This document shows, piece by piece, positions 43,106 through 53,706 of a stretch of 64,000 nt of DNA; positions within the stretch are counted from its first letter, which is position 1; each line of letters opens with the position of its first letter. The DNA lies in contig OY968769.1 of assembly GCA_963695345.1 (NCBI GenBank), positions 2,080,001 to 2,144,000 of the forward strand, in the 5' to 3' direction. Position numbers and translations under genes: made by a program. The notes below the pieces were generated by a model that had not been told where the DNA came from, ran no database searches, and saw nothing but the letters and a program-made list of their open reading frames with translations. The stretch comes from an uncultured Methanomassiliicoccales archaeon (GTDB taxonomy: Archaea; Thermoplasmatota; Thermoplasmata; Methanomassiliicoccales; UBA472).

Positions 43106-44326
43106 TTACATCTTCCCTATGTCCGCCTGCTGCATCGTGGCATCGATCTCTGCCTTGAGCTGTTCCGGCAGGCCCATGATGCTGACGTCGAGGAATCCCC
43201 TCACGATCATGCCCACCGCCTCCTCCTCGGTAAGGCCGCGGGACATCAGGTACTCGACCTGGTCCTGGGCGATCTTGCCGACGGCCGCCTCGTGGGTCAT
43301 TTCCACGTCCGGGACGTATGCCTCCAGCTCTGGAATGGCGATCTGGACGCCCTTGTTCAGGATCAGTCCCTTGCATTCCAGGTGGGCCTTGATGCCGGAC
43401 GCCTTTCCAACGAGCTGACCCCTGGAGATGATCTTTCCGCCGGTGGAAACGGTCCTGGATACGATCTCGCAGCGGGTGTTGGGGGCGTTCATCAATGCTC
43501 GCCCGCCCAGGTCCATCTCGCTGCCCGGGTGACCGAGCGCGACGGTGCTGAACCGGGCCACCGCCCCGGCCCCGTCCATGCGGGTCGTGGGATAGGTCTG
43601 GATGGAACCTGGACCGGTCTGAGCGCGACATAGTTGGAGATGTAGGTCGAGTTCTCCTCCTGCAGGACGACCGTCCGCGGACGCACCCCCATGGTCTCTG
43701 ACCAGTTGTGTATCATGGTGAAGGTCAGCTTGGCCCCTTTCTTGATGTAGAACTCGGAGATGCCCAGGTGCAGCGCTCTCTCGACCCCGTTGCTGGTCGA
43801 GCATCCGGTGAGCACCTCCAGTTCCGCGCCCTCCTCGATTATGATGATATTGTGCACGGTCTGCGCAGCGTCCTTGCTCTTGACCATGAGGCAGGTCTGC
43901 ACCGGCAGCTGCACCTTGTGCCCCGCCAGCGCCCGGATGAAGTAGCCGTCAGCCTCCTCCAGATAGGTCCTGGCGGTGTACTTGTCCGCATCCACTGCCA
44001 CCGCCTTCCAGCTGTAATCCTTCACCCAGTCATGGTTCTTGAGCGCCTGCTGGACCGATGTGACCTCGACCCCGCTGCCCTGTATGGATTCGTGCACCAC
44101 GGTGTTGTCCATGAGCACGAACGAACCGGAACGGCCCTCTCCGCTCGGCATGACGCCGGCGTTCAGCAGGGACCTGCGGTCGGATTCGCTCAGGGATTCG
44201 AGGGATTCTGCCATAGGCATGTCCTTTCGGGCCTCCTTGAACTTGTCGAGTTCGATGTCCGATCCGAAGGTCGCCTTCTTTGTCCCTGGCCTCTTCCGCC
44301 TTCTTCCTTAGCGTTTCGGCGGACAT
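43106..44326 (-). CDS. sufB: SufB/SmsB Fe-S scaffold subunit (frameshifts near 44280, 43611, 43606)
   Basis: Three overlapping ORFs give MSAETLRKKAEEARDK/KATFGSDIELDKF..GCS..HLGISEF..HNW..IQTYP..AHLECKGL..PELEA..HEAAVGKI..YLMSRGL. Confidence 0.88.
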
Positions 44327-44329
44327 GCT

Positions 44330-45108
44330 TCAAGCCCCCCGTGCCATCTCGACGTTGGGTTTCTTCAGGTTCAGCTTGCATCGGATGCATTCATCGTATC
44401 CCATGCGCCTGATCTCCGCCAGCAGCTCCCTCGGGTTCCCGGAGCAGGCCACCGTACCCTTGCAGAGCACGTAACCCGCGGTCCGCCTCGACATAGTCCA
44501 GTATCGCTCCGGTGTGGGTGATGATGAGAGCTGCCCTTCCGCTCATGTCCCGCTTCCCGGCGCATCCCATCTTTCCATGCAGGAGCTCACTTCACCTTGG
44601 CCCCTACCTTCTGTATGGACACGATGTCCACTCCCGATTCCGGCTCGTCCAGGAGGAACAGGCAGGGATTCTGGGCCTCCAACTGGAGAAGTTCCGAGCG
44701 CTTGATCTCGCCTCCGGAGAATCCGACATTCACATCGCGGGCCAGGAACGGCTGCATGTCCAGGTCCATCGCCAGCTTTTCTGGGTCGGAGCGGCCGCGT
44801 CCGGTGACCTTGACCAGGTCCCTCAGCCGCACCCCTACCAGGTTGGGCGGGCGCTGCATCATCATGCCGACCCCTTTCTGCGCCCTTTCCGAGACCGTCA
44901 GCCCGGTTATGTCCTCCCCATTAAGCTTGATCGAGCCTTGGGTGACCTTGTAACCGCTGAATCCCATGATGGTCATCAGCAACGTTGATTTGCCCGAACC
45001 GTTCGGTCCGAACAAGACGTTCGTGTAACCGTCCATGACGCTAATGTTCAGGTCATGCAACACTTCTCTGCCGCCGACCTCGACGCTTAGGTTTTCTATT
45101 TCCAGCAT
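44330..45108 (-). CDS. sufC: SufC/SmsC ABC ATPase (frameshifts near 44591 and 44476)
   Basis: GPNGSGKST, GFSGGEIKRSE, LDEPESGVD; corrected frame continues LIITHTGAILDYV..CSGNP..YDECIRC..ARGA* just before the sufB ATG. Confidence 0.88.
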
Positions 45109-45203
45109 TTGGCTCGACCTGGTTATCTGACCGAGCGCAAGTTATTTACCGTTTACCATTTTAACTATTGTTAATCCGAACCTTCTGATAACCCTTATGA
45201 CGC

Positions 45204-46250
45204 ATGACCGCCGTACCGGGGTTCAGTGGTGAGATGGTCGAACAGTTTGATCTCCTGGTGATCGGCGGGGGCGTGGCGGGCATGAAGGCAGCCCTGGACT
45301 CGGCCCGGTCCGGGCTCAGGGTGGTCCTGGTGGAGAGGGAGAAAGAACTGGGCGGTCTATCCAGGACACTGACCCATACGGTGTTGCGCGGGCCATCGCC
45401 ATCGGAAAAGGTACGGAGCCTGATCGGCGAGGTTGGGAACGAGGGCAACATCAGGCTGATGCTGGGTCATCACATAGGGAGTATTGCCCGGGAAGGGGCC
45501 GCGGTCAAGGCCATCATCGCCGATGTCAATGGGCCTCTTCAGGAGATCGAGGCCAGGGCCGTCCTGATCGCCACTGGAATGGAGCCTATCGATGCCAAGG
45601 CGATCCCGGAATATGGGGCCGGCAGGCTCGACGGGGTCCTCACATCCCTGGGATTCGAGGAGCTACTCTCAAAATGGGAGGAGGAAGGAAGGTCCGGGGC
45701 GGCGAGCGTGTCCTTCGTCCAATGCGTCGGTTCCCGGGTGGAAAAGCGGGGCGTTACTTACTGTTCCAACTATTGCTGCATGAACGCGGTCAAGGGGGCG
45801 ATGAGGCTGAAGGTCCTCGACCCCCAGGTCCAGGTTCACGTCTTCTACATCGACATCAGGACCTGCGGCAGGGGGCAGGAGGCGGCCTATAAGGAAGCGC
45901 GACGCCTCGGCGTCCGCTTCATCCGGGGGCAGCCCGCGCTGGTGAGGGAGAAAAGCGGAAGACTGCTGGTCTGCGGGGAGAACACCTTACTGAACGAGCT
46001 CTACGAGATCCCGGCGGACGTGGTCGTACTGGATGTCGGCCTGCGGCTGTCCCAGGAGACGCTCCGATTGGCCGGGGACCTAGGTATGTGCCTGGACGAG
46101 GAGGGCCTGCTGTTCCTCGATGACTTTTCCGAAGGGACCGCGCCGGTCCTGACCGTCGGCTGCGCGGAAGCACCCAAGGACGTGGATTCGTGCCTGGACC
46201 AGGCCAGCGGCACTGCCAACAGGGTCGTTCGTTTCCTTGGCCAGCGCTGA
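45204..46250 (+). CDS. Stand-alone HdrA FAD (thioredoxin-reductase-like) domain
   Basis: VIGGGVAGMKAA, ERE..LGG, IATG, EYGAG, FVQCVGSR, YCSNYCCM, FYIDIRT, FIRG, GCAEAPKDV; no ferredoxin motifs and no HdrA N-terminal domain (alternative start 45234). Confidence 0.85.
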   Translation: MTAVPGFSGEMVEQFDLLVIGGGVAGMKAALDSARSGLRVVLVEREKELGGLSRTLTHTVLRGPSPSEKVRSLIGEVGNEGNIRLMLGHHIGSIAREGAAVKAIIADVNGPLQEIEARAVLIATGMEPIDAKAIPEYGAGRLDGVLTSLGFEELLSKWEEEGRSGAASVSFVQCVGSRVEKRGVTYCSNYCCMNAVKGAMRLKVLDPQVQVHVFYIDIRTCGRGQEAAYKEARRLGVRFIRGQPALVREKSGRLLVCGENTLLNELYEIPADVVVLDVGLRLSQETLRLAGDLGMCLDEEGLLFLDDFSEGTAPVLTVGCAEAPKDVDSCLDQASGTANRVVRFLGQR

Positions 46251-46256
46251 ATGCGC

Positions 46257-46754
46257 TCAGTATTCGGTCACCGGTCTCTTCGGCCGGACCTTATTGTCGC
46301 CCTCTGTCACGGAAACGGTCGGCGCCCGAGGGATTGTGGAGGCATCCTCTTCGACCACCGCGATCTGGTTGCCGTCCTGGTCTAGCAAAATGGCGATCAG
46401 ACCGCCGATCCGCCGCTTCTCCGGTTTGACCGCAAACCTCACTCCCCTGTCCGTGAGCTTTCGGTGAAGGTCATAGATGCTCTCGGTCGCCAGTATGATA
46501 CCGGTAGGTCCACCCGGCCTTCTTCCGTCCTTATCGGGGACATACAGCGATATCCGGCCCAGATTGCCCACCGGACCCATTTCGACCCAGTTCTCCGACC
46601 GGTTGTCCCGCTGCACCGTAAGGCCCAGCGTGCCCTCGTAGAACGACACCGCGCCTGCCAGGTCCCTGACCGGTATGGCGACGGTCGAAACACCGAGCAG
46701 AATGCCCCGGTTGTCATATTGGGTATCTCCCCCCATGGGGTCTCCGAGAGGCAT
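46257..46754 (-). CDS. VOC/glyoxalase family protein
   Basis: VAIPVRDL..AVSFYEGTLGL, WVEM, DQDGNQI. Confidence 0.8.
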   Translation of the reverse strand: MPLGDPMGGDTQYDNRGILLGVSTVAIPVRDLAGAVSFYEGTLGLTVQRDNRSENWVEMGPVGNLGRISLYVPDKDGRRPGGPTGIILATESIYDLHRKLTDRGVRFAVKPEKRRIGGLIAILLDQDGNQIAVVEEDASTIPRAPTVSVTEGDNKVRPKRPVTEY

Positions 46755-46896
46755 GAACGTCCATTCGGTTCGACCTTATTTAATGTTGCTGGCAAATCCT
46801 GCGGCAGCTCGAACCGCGGTCTTCGGCATGTGCATCCTATTTAACGAGGACGAACCTTTATGTTCGCCCGATTCCCATGGAATCCTAGGCTTTTGA

Positions 46897-47577
46897 ATGG
46901 GACTGAACAAAGAACACGTCCAAATGAGGAGATGGGACGATACCTACTACTCGACCTTGGATTACTTCGGCACGGGGGTAAGCCAGCTCGGAAGGCATGC
47001 CCTGATCATTTTTCAGAGCCATGAGGCCAGAAGGATCCTGCAGCTCGGCTGCGGGCCAGGCTATGACACGATCTACCTGGCCCAGAATGGTATGCAAGTG
47101 ACCGGGATGGATTATTCCGAGACAGCTCTTTGCAAGATAAGGGAGGATAGGATATCGAAGGGTTTGGAGGGTTCGATCGTGCTCAAGGTGGGTGATGCCA
47201 GAAACGGGCTTCCGTTCGATGACGAGGCGTTCGATGGCTGCTATTCCCACATGTTCTTCACCATGCAATTCCCGGAAAAGGAGCTGTTCTTCATCTTCTC
47301 CGAGGTCCTCAGAGTGCTGAAGCCCGGGGGACTTAACGTTTATTCCGTCCGAAATGTGAGCGATCCGCACTTCGGCATCGGAAGACACCTCGGGGAGGGC
47401 ATGTGGCAGAACCCGCTCGGGTTCGTGGTCCATTTCTTCGACGAGGATAAGGTAAGGCGACTGGCCAAAGGATATGATCTGCTCTGGATCAAGGAGTTCG
47501 ACGATCCTTCACCACCGTTTACCAAGAAGCTCTTCGAGGTGGCCCTGCAGAAACCCAAGAAAGCGGAAAATAAATGA
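46897..47577 (+). CDS. Class I SAM-dependent methyltransferase
   Basis: ILQLGCGPG, GMDYS, LPFDDEAFD, RVLKPGG. Confidence 0.88.
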   Translation: MGLNKEHVQMRRWDDTYYSTLDYFGTGVSQLGRHALIIFQSHEARRILQLGCGPGYDTIYLAQNGMQVTGMDYSETALCKIREDRISKGLEGSIVLKVGDARNGLPFDDEAFDGCYSHMFFTMQFPEKELFFIFSEVLRVLKPGGLNVYSVRNVSDPHFGIGRHLGEGMWQNPLGFVVHFFDEDKVRRLAKGYDLLWIKEFDDPSPPFTKKLFEVALQKPKKAENK

Positions 47578-47635
47578 ACGGGGGATGAAACCCCTCAACA
47601 ATCTTCAGTTCAATCATGATATGGGGCCTGCCCAA

Positions 47636-48931
47636 TCATTCTGTGTAGGTGTTCGAGCACCAGTAGGTGACCTTGTGGGATCGGATGGCGGTGTTCGGGT
47701 CGCTCACCATCTCGAAACTTGCCGGAGGCTCCACCGAGGCGGATCTGGTCTCAAGCAGGTACCTGCCTTTCACGGTCGAGTGGGTGGACAGGTCCCTGTC
47801 AATGGTCTCCAGGTCTAGTTGGGGTCTTGCGGCAGGACCGGAACGTTCGATGACCACGCCCAGGTCCTTGTTGGCGTAATGGTCTTCGATGGTCCGGATG
47901 TTCCAGTCGATGGATACCGGTGTGACCGATGGGTTGCGGTCCCGGATCAGCCATCCCTCACCGGACCGGGCGAGCTCTCCGCGACCGGGGATGCCCTCGA
48001 AATCGGATAGCATTTCGGTGATCTTCTTTGGCGACAGTCCCACCGCCGAAGCCACCCCCGCCGCCGCCGAAACCGCCGTGGTGTAGGAAGGGGCCAGATA
48101 TGTCGCCGGCATCGTGAACGGGAAATCTCCTTTCTTGACGTTGAGCCAGCACTTGGGCTTGTTGCCGAACTTCATCCCCTTTTCGAACGAGACGTTGATG
48201 TCCCCGAACTCCCCGAACTCGATGACCTGGGTCCCCTTCGGGATGAAGACCTTCCACATGTTGATCTCGGGATGTCTCAGCACCAGCGTTCCCTTGGTGG
48301 ATTTGACCATCTGGATGATCCCATCCACCGCCCTGCGGGTGCCGGCGGCGATGGGATAGTTGTCCCCCGATGCCGTGGTGACCACCCCGATATTCGCCAA
48401 TCCGGTCCCTCCCAGGTTGCATTCGAACACCCCCCTGGTCCATTCTCCTTCCATGAACGACAAACGCAATAACGTCGCCGGGGAGATCATGGCGTCACGT
48501 TCCAGCAATGTCACCGTCTCTCCGACCGAGAACAGGCCGCGAGACGTCAGCAACAGCACCTTCTCTCCCTTCTTCTTCAGGATATGGGAGATGGCATGGC
48601 AGGCAGAGGTCTTGGCCTTGGTACCGGTGACCTCTATGGTCGGGTAATTGAAATGGGCCAGCTCTCCGACCGCCCGGTGGAAGGTGATCTTCTGCTCATA
48701 CTTCGCCCGGCCAAGATAATGATCGGGACAATGGACCGGCACTACCGCCAGATCATATTTCTTCGAGGGGGTCGTTCTCACGACGGCCACGCCCTCGTTG
48801 CGCAAATGGTCGATCATATACTGTTCCGCGGTCCCATAGACGTCTACCGCGGTCACCTCCTCCCCCCGCGACCTATAGGTCAAGGCGAGGACGTCCCCTC
48901 CGTGGGTCAGATCGAGCACCAACACGTTCAT
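47636..48931 (-). CDS. cfbE: Coenzyme F430 synthetase (Mur ligase-like) or paralog
   Basis: VLDLTHGG, PVHCP, ITFHRAVG, EVTGTKAKTS, LLTSRG, LGGTG, YPIAAG, GIPGR. Confidence 0.8.
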   Translation of the reverse strand: MNVLVLDLTHGGDVLALTYRSRGEEVTAVDVYGTAEQYMIDHLRNEGVAVVRTTPSKKYDLAVVPVHCPDHYLGRAKYEQKITFHRAVGELAHFNYPTIEVTGTKAKTSACHAISHILKKKGEKVLLLTSRGLFSVGETVTLLERDAMISPATLLRLSFMEGEWTRGVFECNLGGTGLANIGVVTTASGDNYPIAAGTRRAVDGIIQMVKSTKGTLVLRHPEINMWKVFIPKGTQVIEFGEFGDINVSFEKGMKFGNKPKCWLNVKKGDFPFTMPATYLAPSYTTAVSAAAGVASAVGLSPKKITEMLSDFEGIPGRGELARSGEGWLIRDRNPSVTPVSIDWNIRTIEDHYANKDLGVVIERSGPAARPQLDLETIDRDLSTHSTVKGRYLLETRSASVEPPASFEMVSDPNTAIRSHKVTYWCSNTYTE

Positions 48932-49090
48932 CTATCGAGTCTCCAGGCGGTCGCGATGGTAGTGCATGATTATAAAAAGGTCGCCACAAGCGTTGTCGTA
49001 CCAGCTCTAGAGACTTTTCTCCTGCCAACATTCGTAGCCATCAGATCAAGGCGACAGTTCTGGCGATCATATGTCCTTCATCGTTCGCCA

Positions 49091-49768
49091 TCACCATAGT
49101 CCGTAGAAAGGGCCGAAGAGGAAGAAGGCCACAACTCCGATGGTGTTGCTCAATCCGTGGGCCAGGACCGCCCCCCAGAGGTTGTTGTACTTCAGTTTGA
49201 CCAGGCTGAAGAAGACCGCATCAAGCCCGGTGACCACGATCCCGATCAGACCCTGTTCCATATGGGCAATCCCAAACAAAATGGAGGTGATCCCTATCGC
49301 CATCAGGATGCCCGTCCTGTTGTTTCCCAACAGATCAAGGATCCGGACCTGCAGGAAACCCCGATAGACGATCTCCTCCCCGATGGCAGCCAGCGTCCAG
49401 CTTGCCAACAGAAGGAAAACCAGGTCTCCAAGATTGCCCTTGAGGTCTACGAAAGCGCTGAGATCCTGGGTGCTCCCGGTCAGATGGTTCATCAGCGGCA
49501 TGGTCAAGGCCTGGTGTAATAACGTCCAGGCCATGACCATTATGAAGATGACAGTGATCATCCTCAAGGGGCGCTCCAACTTCCTGAAGCCGAGCGAACC
49601 TAAACCCTGTTTGCGTGCGACCAGGGATATCGCGCATATTCCCAAGATGACGATGGTGGGGATGAACAGGTCCAGGACAATCACGGTCATGGCCAGAGCC
49701 AATTCGAGTAAGGTGATGACCTTCCAGAACACATCGCGGTCCATTATATCGTCAAGACCCAAAAACAT
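49091..49768 (-). CDS. CPBP (CAAX/Abi) family intramembrane metalloprotease
   Basis: GEEIVYRGF, FGIAH, AHGLSN; start uncertain. Confidence 0.85.
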   Translation of the reverse strand: MFLGLDDIMDRDVFWKVITLLELALAMTVIVLDLFIPTIVILGICAISLVARKQGLGSLGFRKLERPLRMITVIFIMVMAWTLLHQALTMPLMNHLTGSTQDLSAFVDLKGNLGDLVFLLLASWTLAAIGEEIVYRGFLQVRILDLLGNNRTGILMAIGITSILFGIAHMEQGLIGIVVTGLDAVFFSLVKLKYNNLWGAVLAHGLSNTIGVVAFFLFGPFYGLW

Positions 49769-49961
49769 GATTGATTCTTTATATTTTCCGAGATGGATGG
49801 GATATGGGGTGAATTCCGGATTATTCCGATGCTCGATCATTGGCATGGTCTGGCGATAACCATGGGTTAGAATTGACCAATTGTGACCTTCGACCAAATT
49901 CTATGTCCACCCTCGATGGCAAACGGTTTCGAGCACCCGGTCGATCATGGATGGTTCATTT

Positions 49962-51380
49962 TCAGGGCACGTTCTTGGAGAACACGTCAAATCCCAGGCT
50001 TCTGCCCAGTTCCTTGGCGGTGCGCGGCACATCGGCCAGCTGCCCTCCCCCTTCGTATTGGATCCAGTATGTGCGGGACAGTTCGTCCAGCGCCTCCAAG
50101 GGGGTCACGCCGGACATGGAGCCATCCGAGAGCATCGCCTCTATCCTGGTATAGGCCCGGATCGACAGGAACGCCGTGAACATATGGCCGTCGATGGTCT
50201 CCCGGTCCACCAGGAACTCCCGGTCTTGGCCCATGGTCTTGCGGTATTCCGCGAAAAGCCGGTCTATGGCATCCCTTCGGCGGTATAGGCGGTAGATGTC
50301 CTCTTCGGCCCCGTCCTTGTCCGAGGCCATCATGATGCATCCGGCGATATGGCTCCGGTCCACGACGCTCTGCTCGGCGAGCCGTTTCTCATCCAGCATG
50401 CGGTACAGGGTCATCTCCTCCTCCATTTTCAGCTGGGCGTCCTGGTAGAGGTAAAGCCACATGCCCTTGTGCTGCCTTTTGCCGCACTTGATGAGATGCT
50501 TGTCATGAAAGAAATGCCTTGCCAGGGGGATGTCCAGCTCGTAGAGGTCGCTGTCCCGGTTGACCGGCAGGACAAAGGAGGCATGCCGCTGCAATAGCAG
50601 AGAGACCAAATCCTCCGAGAAGGAGTCCCTTTCCAGAACCATGGTTATGCCCTCCCCACCGATATCGTTGAGGAGCTTGTGCATCGGACCAGGCTCCCCG
50701 ACCGGGTTGGACAGCGTCCGCACCATGGTGGGTGCGCCAGTGTCAGCTGAGAAAATCATTGCCAGGTTTATCTTCTGCAGCAGACCCGACTCCTCCGGGC
50801 TGCGGCCGATGAGGTCCGTCTGCTCGGAACGGGTGAAATTGGCCGACATGCCGTAGACCACCTCGTCACCGGCAACGCACATGCCGTTGAACACCTTCGC
50901 CTGGGCCTTCTTGTCCTGCCCGACCCGGCGGAGCATCTCGGCCAGTCGTTTCGGCGTCAGGTCAGGCTTGATCCCGGGAATGTTATACAGTTTATCCCAT
51001 GCGTTCTGCGCCCTGCGCAAGGGAACGTCGCCGAGCACCCTGACCATTGCCAGGGCATACAGCTCCTGCCAATCATCTGGGAATGCGGAACGGATCTGTT
51101 CCAGGATATCTGACATGGAGCGGTTGAGGAGGACAGCGTTTCCATACTGTTTCACCACCCTTTCGTTGGCGGGGACCAGCACGCTCTCCTTCTCCTGAAG
51201 CCCCTTCGTCTCGTCCAGGCGACCAATGTACTTGGACCTCTTCTTCCGCTTCTTCTCTTCCTTGTCCCAAACCGTGGTGGAGCGATAGACGTAGTACGAG
51301 GAACCGATCTTCTTGATCTCGAGCCCCTTGGTGCCCTGTTCCCTCTGCCCTTTCAACCAATTCGCCGCCCACTCGTCCAT
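49962..51380 (-). mobile_element. IS1634-like transposase-derived ORF, intact frame, degenerate DDE
   Basis: LEIKKIGSSYYVYRSTTVWDKEEKKRKKRSKYIGRL, QYGNA, INLAMIFS, LYLYQD, IYRLYRRRDAIDRLF, GHMFTAFLS; no terminal inverted repeats seen. Confidence 0.75.
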
Positions 51381-51551
51381 CGGTACAAGATAGGGTATAA
51401 ATGATATTAAACAATTACTCGATGGCGATGAATCCAGCATATTTATCATTGCGACAATGGAATCCCTAATTATTCCCTACTATTGGGGCAAATCATTTAT
51501 ATTTAGGGTGGTAATCGACGACCTCGAACGGAATCTTAGGGGATTCACAAA

Positions 51552-52493
51552 ATGGCAACCTCACGCAAATTGATGGCATTGACCGTGATCGCAGTCCTGC
51601 TGGTGGCCGGCCTCGGTGCGGTCGTCGTACTCTCATTGAACAATAACAATAACGGCTCAAAAGCGGTCGATCAGTCGACGACCATAAGCGTCATCGATGA
51701 CCGGGGTGTGAACGTGACCGTCACGAAATATCCCCAGCACATACTGTCGCTGGGAACCGCCTTCACTGAGTGCCTGTACGCCATCGGCGCCCAGGACCAG
51801 ATCGTCGGCGTGGACAGCACCAGCAAATACCCAGCGGAGGTTTCCAACAAGACCAACATCGGGAGCGCCTACACCATCAACCTGGAGAACGTGACCATGC
51901 TCCAGCCCGACCTCATCATTATGTGGAAGTCATACACCACATCGCTGAACGCATTGGTCAACCTGAACATGACCGTCATCGCTTTCGACCCGCAGTCGGT
52001 GGCCGACGTTGAGAAGATGATCAACCTGCTCGGGAACGTCACCGGCAAAACCGGCGGGGCGAATCTGGTCGTCACCGACATGCAGGACCGCATCGCCGAG
52101 GTGCAGCAGAAGCTGGCCAACGAGACCACCAGGCCCGATGTTTACATGGAGCTGCTCAGCTCCGGCGGCAAGTCTCCCGGTCCAGGCACCATGACCGATA
52201 ACGTGATCGGCATCGCCGGCGGGAACAACATCAACTCAAACACGACCGCCAGATATACCAAGCTCACCGCCGAGTATGTCATAGGCGAGGACCCGGAGTT
52301 CATCGTCCTGGAGATCCAGAACACCAAGACCAACGACCAGGTCAAGAACACCACCGGGTACGGAACGATAAGCGCCGTTGTGAACGACAAGATCATGCGG
52401 GTCGATGGAGCGTGGCTCACCGCGTCGCCCAGGATCGTCCTGGCGGTCGAGGCGTTCGCCTCCTGGTTCCATCCGGAGCTCTTTCCAGCTTAA
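51552..52493 (+). CDS. btuF: Cobalamin/Fe-siderophore ABC substrate-binding protein (BtuF-like)
   Basis: N-terminal TM anchor, DDRG..V..PQHILSL, TECLYAIG, VGVD, NLENV..PDLI, SPRIV. Confidence 0.8.
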   Translation: MATSRKLMALTVIAVLLVAGLGAVVVLSLNNNNNGSKAVDQSTTISVIDDRGVNVTVTKYPQHILSLGTAFTECLYAIGAQDQIVGVDSTSKYPAEVSNKTNIGSAYTINLENVTMLQPDLIIMWKSYTTSLNALVNLNMTVIAFDPQSVADVEKMINLLGNVTGKTGGANLVVTDMQDRIAEVQQKLANETTRPDVYMELLSSGGKSPGPGTMTDNVIGIAGGNNINSNTTARYTKLTAEYVIGEDPEFIVLEIQNTKTNDQVKNTTGYGTISAVVNDKIMRVDGAWLTASPRIVLAVEAFASWFHPELFPA

Positions 52494-52628
52494 TTGAATG
52501 CAGATGGGCGCGCGGCCGTTGCGCATCGTGGAGCTTCCCTTGCCTCCTTTGTTCCCACGATGCCTCCCGCCGTCCATTCCCCTTTTTCGCCACAGTTTAT
52601 GAATGAGTAAGCGTTTGCAGGATGCGCG

Positions 52629-53705
52629 ATGACGATGGATCAGAAGGGCATCGAGGAGATGCACACCCAGAAGCTGCACCGGTGGTGGCTAACCATGGTG
52701 TTCCTGACACTGGCTCTATTCGCGGTCGCCATCGTGGCCATCGGGATCGGTTCGACGAGCATATCGCCGGACCGGATCATCGCCGCCATCTTCTCAAATG
52801 ACCTGGTACGGGTGATGACCGGGCAGCACGCTTCCAATCCCATCAACGCTGTCGTGCTCGAGGTTCGGATGCCGCGGATCCTCATCGGGGCGTTGGTCGG
52901 TGCCTCGCTGGCCGTCGCCGGAACCGCCATGCAGGGCATATTCCGCAATCCCATGGCCTCGCCGTACATCCTCGGGCTGTCCTCCGGCGCTGCGTTCGGC
53001 GCGTCGTTGGCAATCGTTCTGGGCTTCTCTGTGGTCAGCGGCGCTTTCGCCGTCCCGGCGATGGCGTTCATCTTCTGCTTCGTAACGCTGTTCATCGTCT
53101 ACGGCATATCCGCCACCAAGATGGGAGTCCCGGTGACCACGCTCCTCCTCGCCGGGATCGCGGTCGGCTCGCTCTTCACCGCCCTGGTCTCCCTGATGAA
53201 GTACTTTTCCGGCGACAACCTAAGCTCCATCGTCTATTGGATGATGGGTGGCCTATGGGAAAGCAACTGGTCCCAGGTCTGGGTGACGATGCCCCTGGTG
53301 GTTCTTGGTTCCGCTGCCTTGCTGTTCTATAGCAAGGAGCTCAACCTCATGATGGTCGGAGAGGAGCACGCCACCAACCTGGGGGTGAACGTCAGGCGCT
53401 CCCGTTTGATGATACTCATCCTGTCCTCCTTGGTCACCGCTGCGGCGGTCTCGGTCAGCGGGGTCATCGGATTCGTTGGTCTCATCGTACCTCACACCCT
53501 GCGCATCATCCTGGGTCCGGACAATCGCATACTCATGCCCGCATCCATCGTGGGCGGGGCGGCGTTCATGATCGGTATGGACTCGATCGCCCGGACCATC
53601 CTGTCGCCGGCAGAACTACCGGTCGGCATCATCACCGCGCTATTGGGAGCGCCGTTCTTCCTCTGGCTGCTGCGGGCGCGCAAGCGTGACATTTGGGGGT
53701 GGTAG
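52629..53705 (+). CDS. btuC: FecCD/BtuC-family ABC permease
   Basis: RMPR, QGIFRNPMASPYILGLSSGA, GEEHATNLG, GVIGFVGLIVPH, ELPVG. Confidence 0.88.
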   Translation: MTMDQKGIEEMHTQKLHRWWLTMVFLTLALFAVAIVAIGIGSTSISPDRIIAAIFSNDLVRVMTGQHASNPINAVVLEVRMPRILIGALVGASLAVAGTAMQGIFRNPMASPYILGLSSGAAFGASLAIVLGFSVVSGAFAVPAMAFIFCFVTLFIVYGISATKMGVPVTTLLLAGIAVGSLFTALVSLMKYFSGDNLSSIVYWMMGGLWESNWSQVWVTMPLVVLGSAALLFYSKELNLMMVGEEHATNLGVNVRRSRLMILILSSLVTAAAVSVSGVIGFVGLIVPHTLRIILGPDNRILMPASIVGGAAFMIGMDSIARTILSPAELPVGIITALLGAPFFLWLLRARKRDIWGW

Positions 53706-53706
53706 G

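Noticed and set aside
43106-45108. Programmed frameshifting in sufBC
   Set aside because: Five scattered indels with no shared slippery motif; the same pattern occurs in unrelated genes
51380-51552. Cobalamin riboswitch upstream of btuF
   Set aside because: Region is short, AT-rich and lacks B12-box motifs
51639-51653. aacaat repeat encoding NNNNN in btuF
   Set aside because: Low-complexity linker after the membrane anchor, not a phase-variable tract or array
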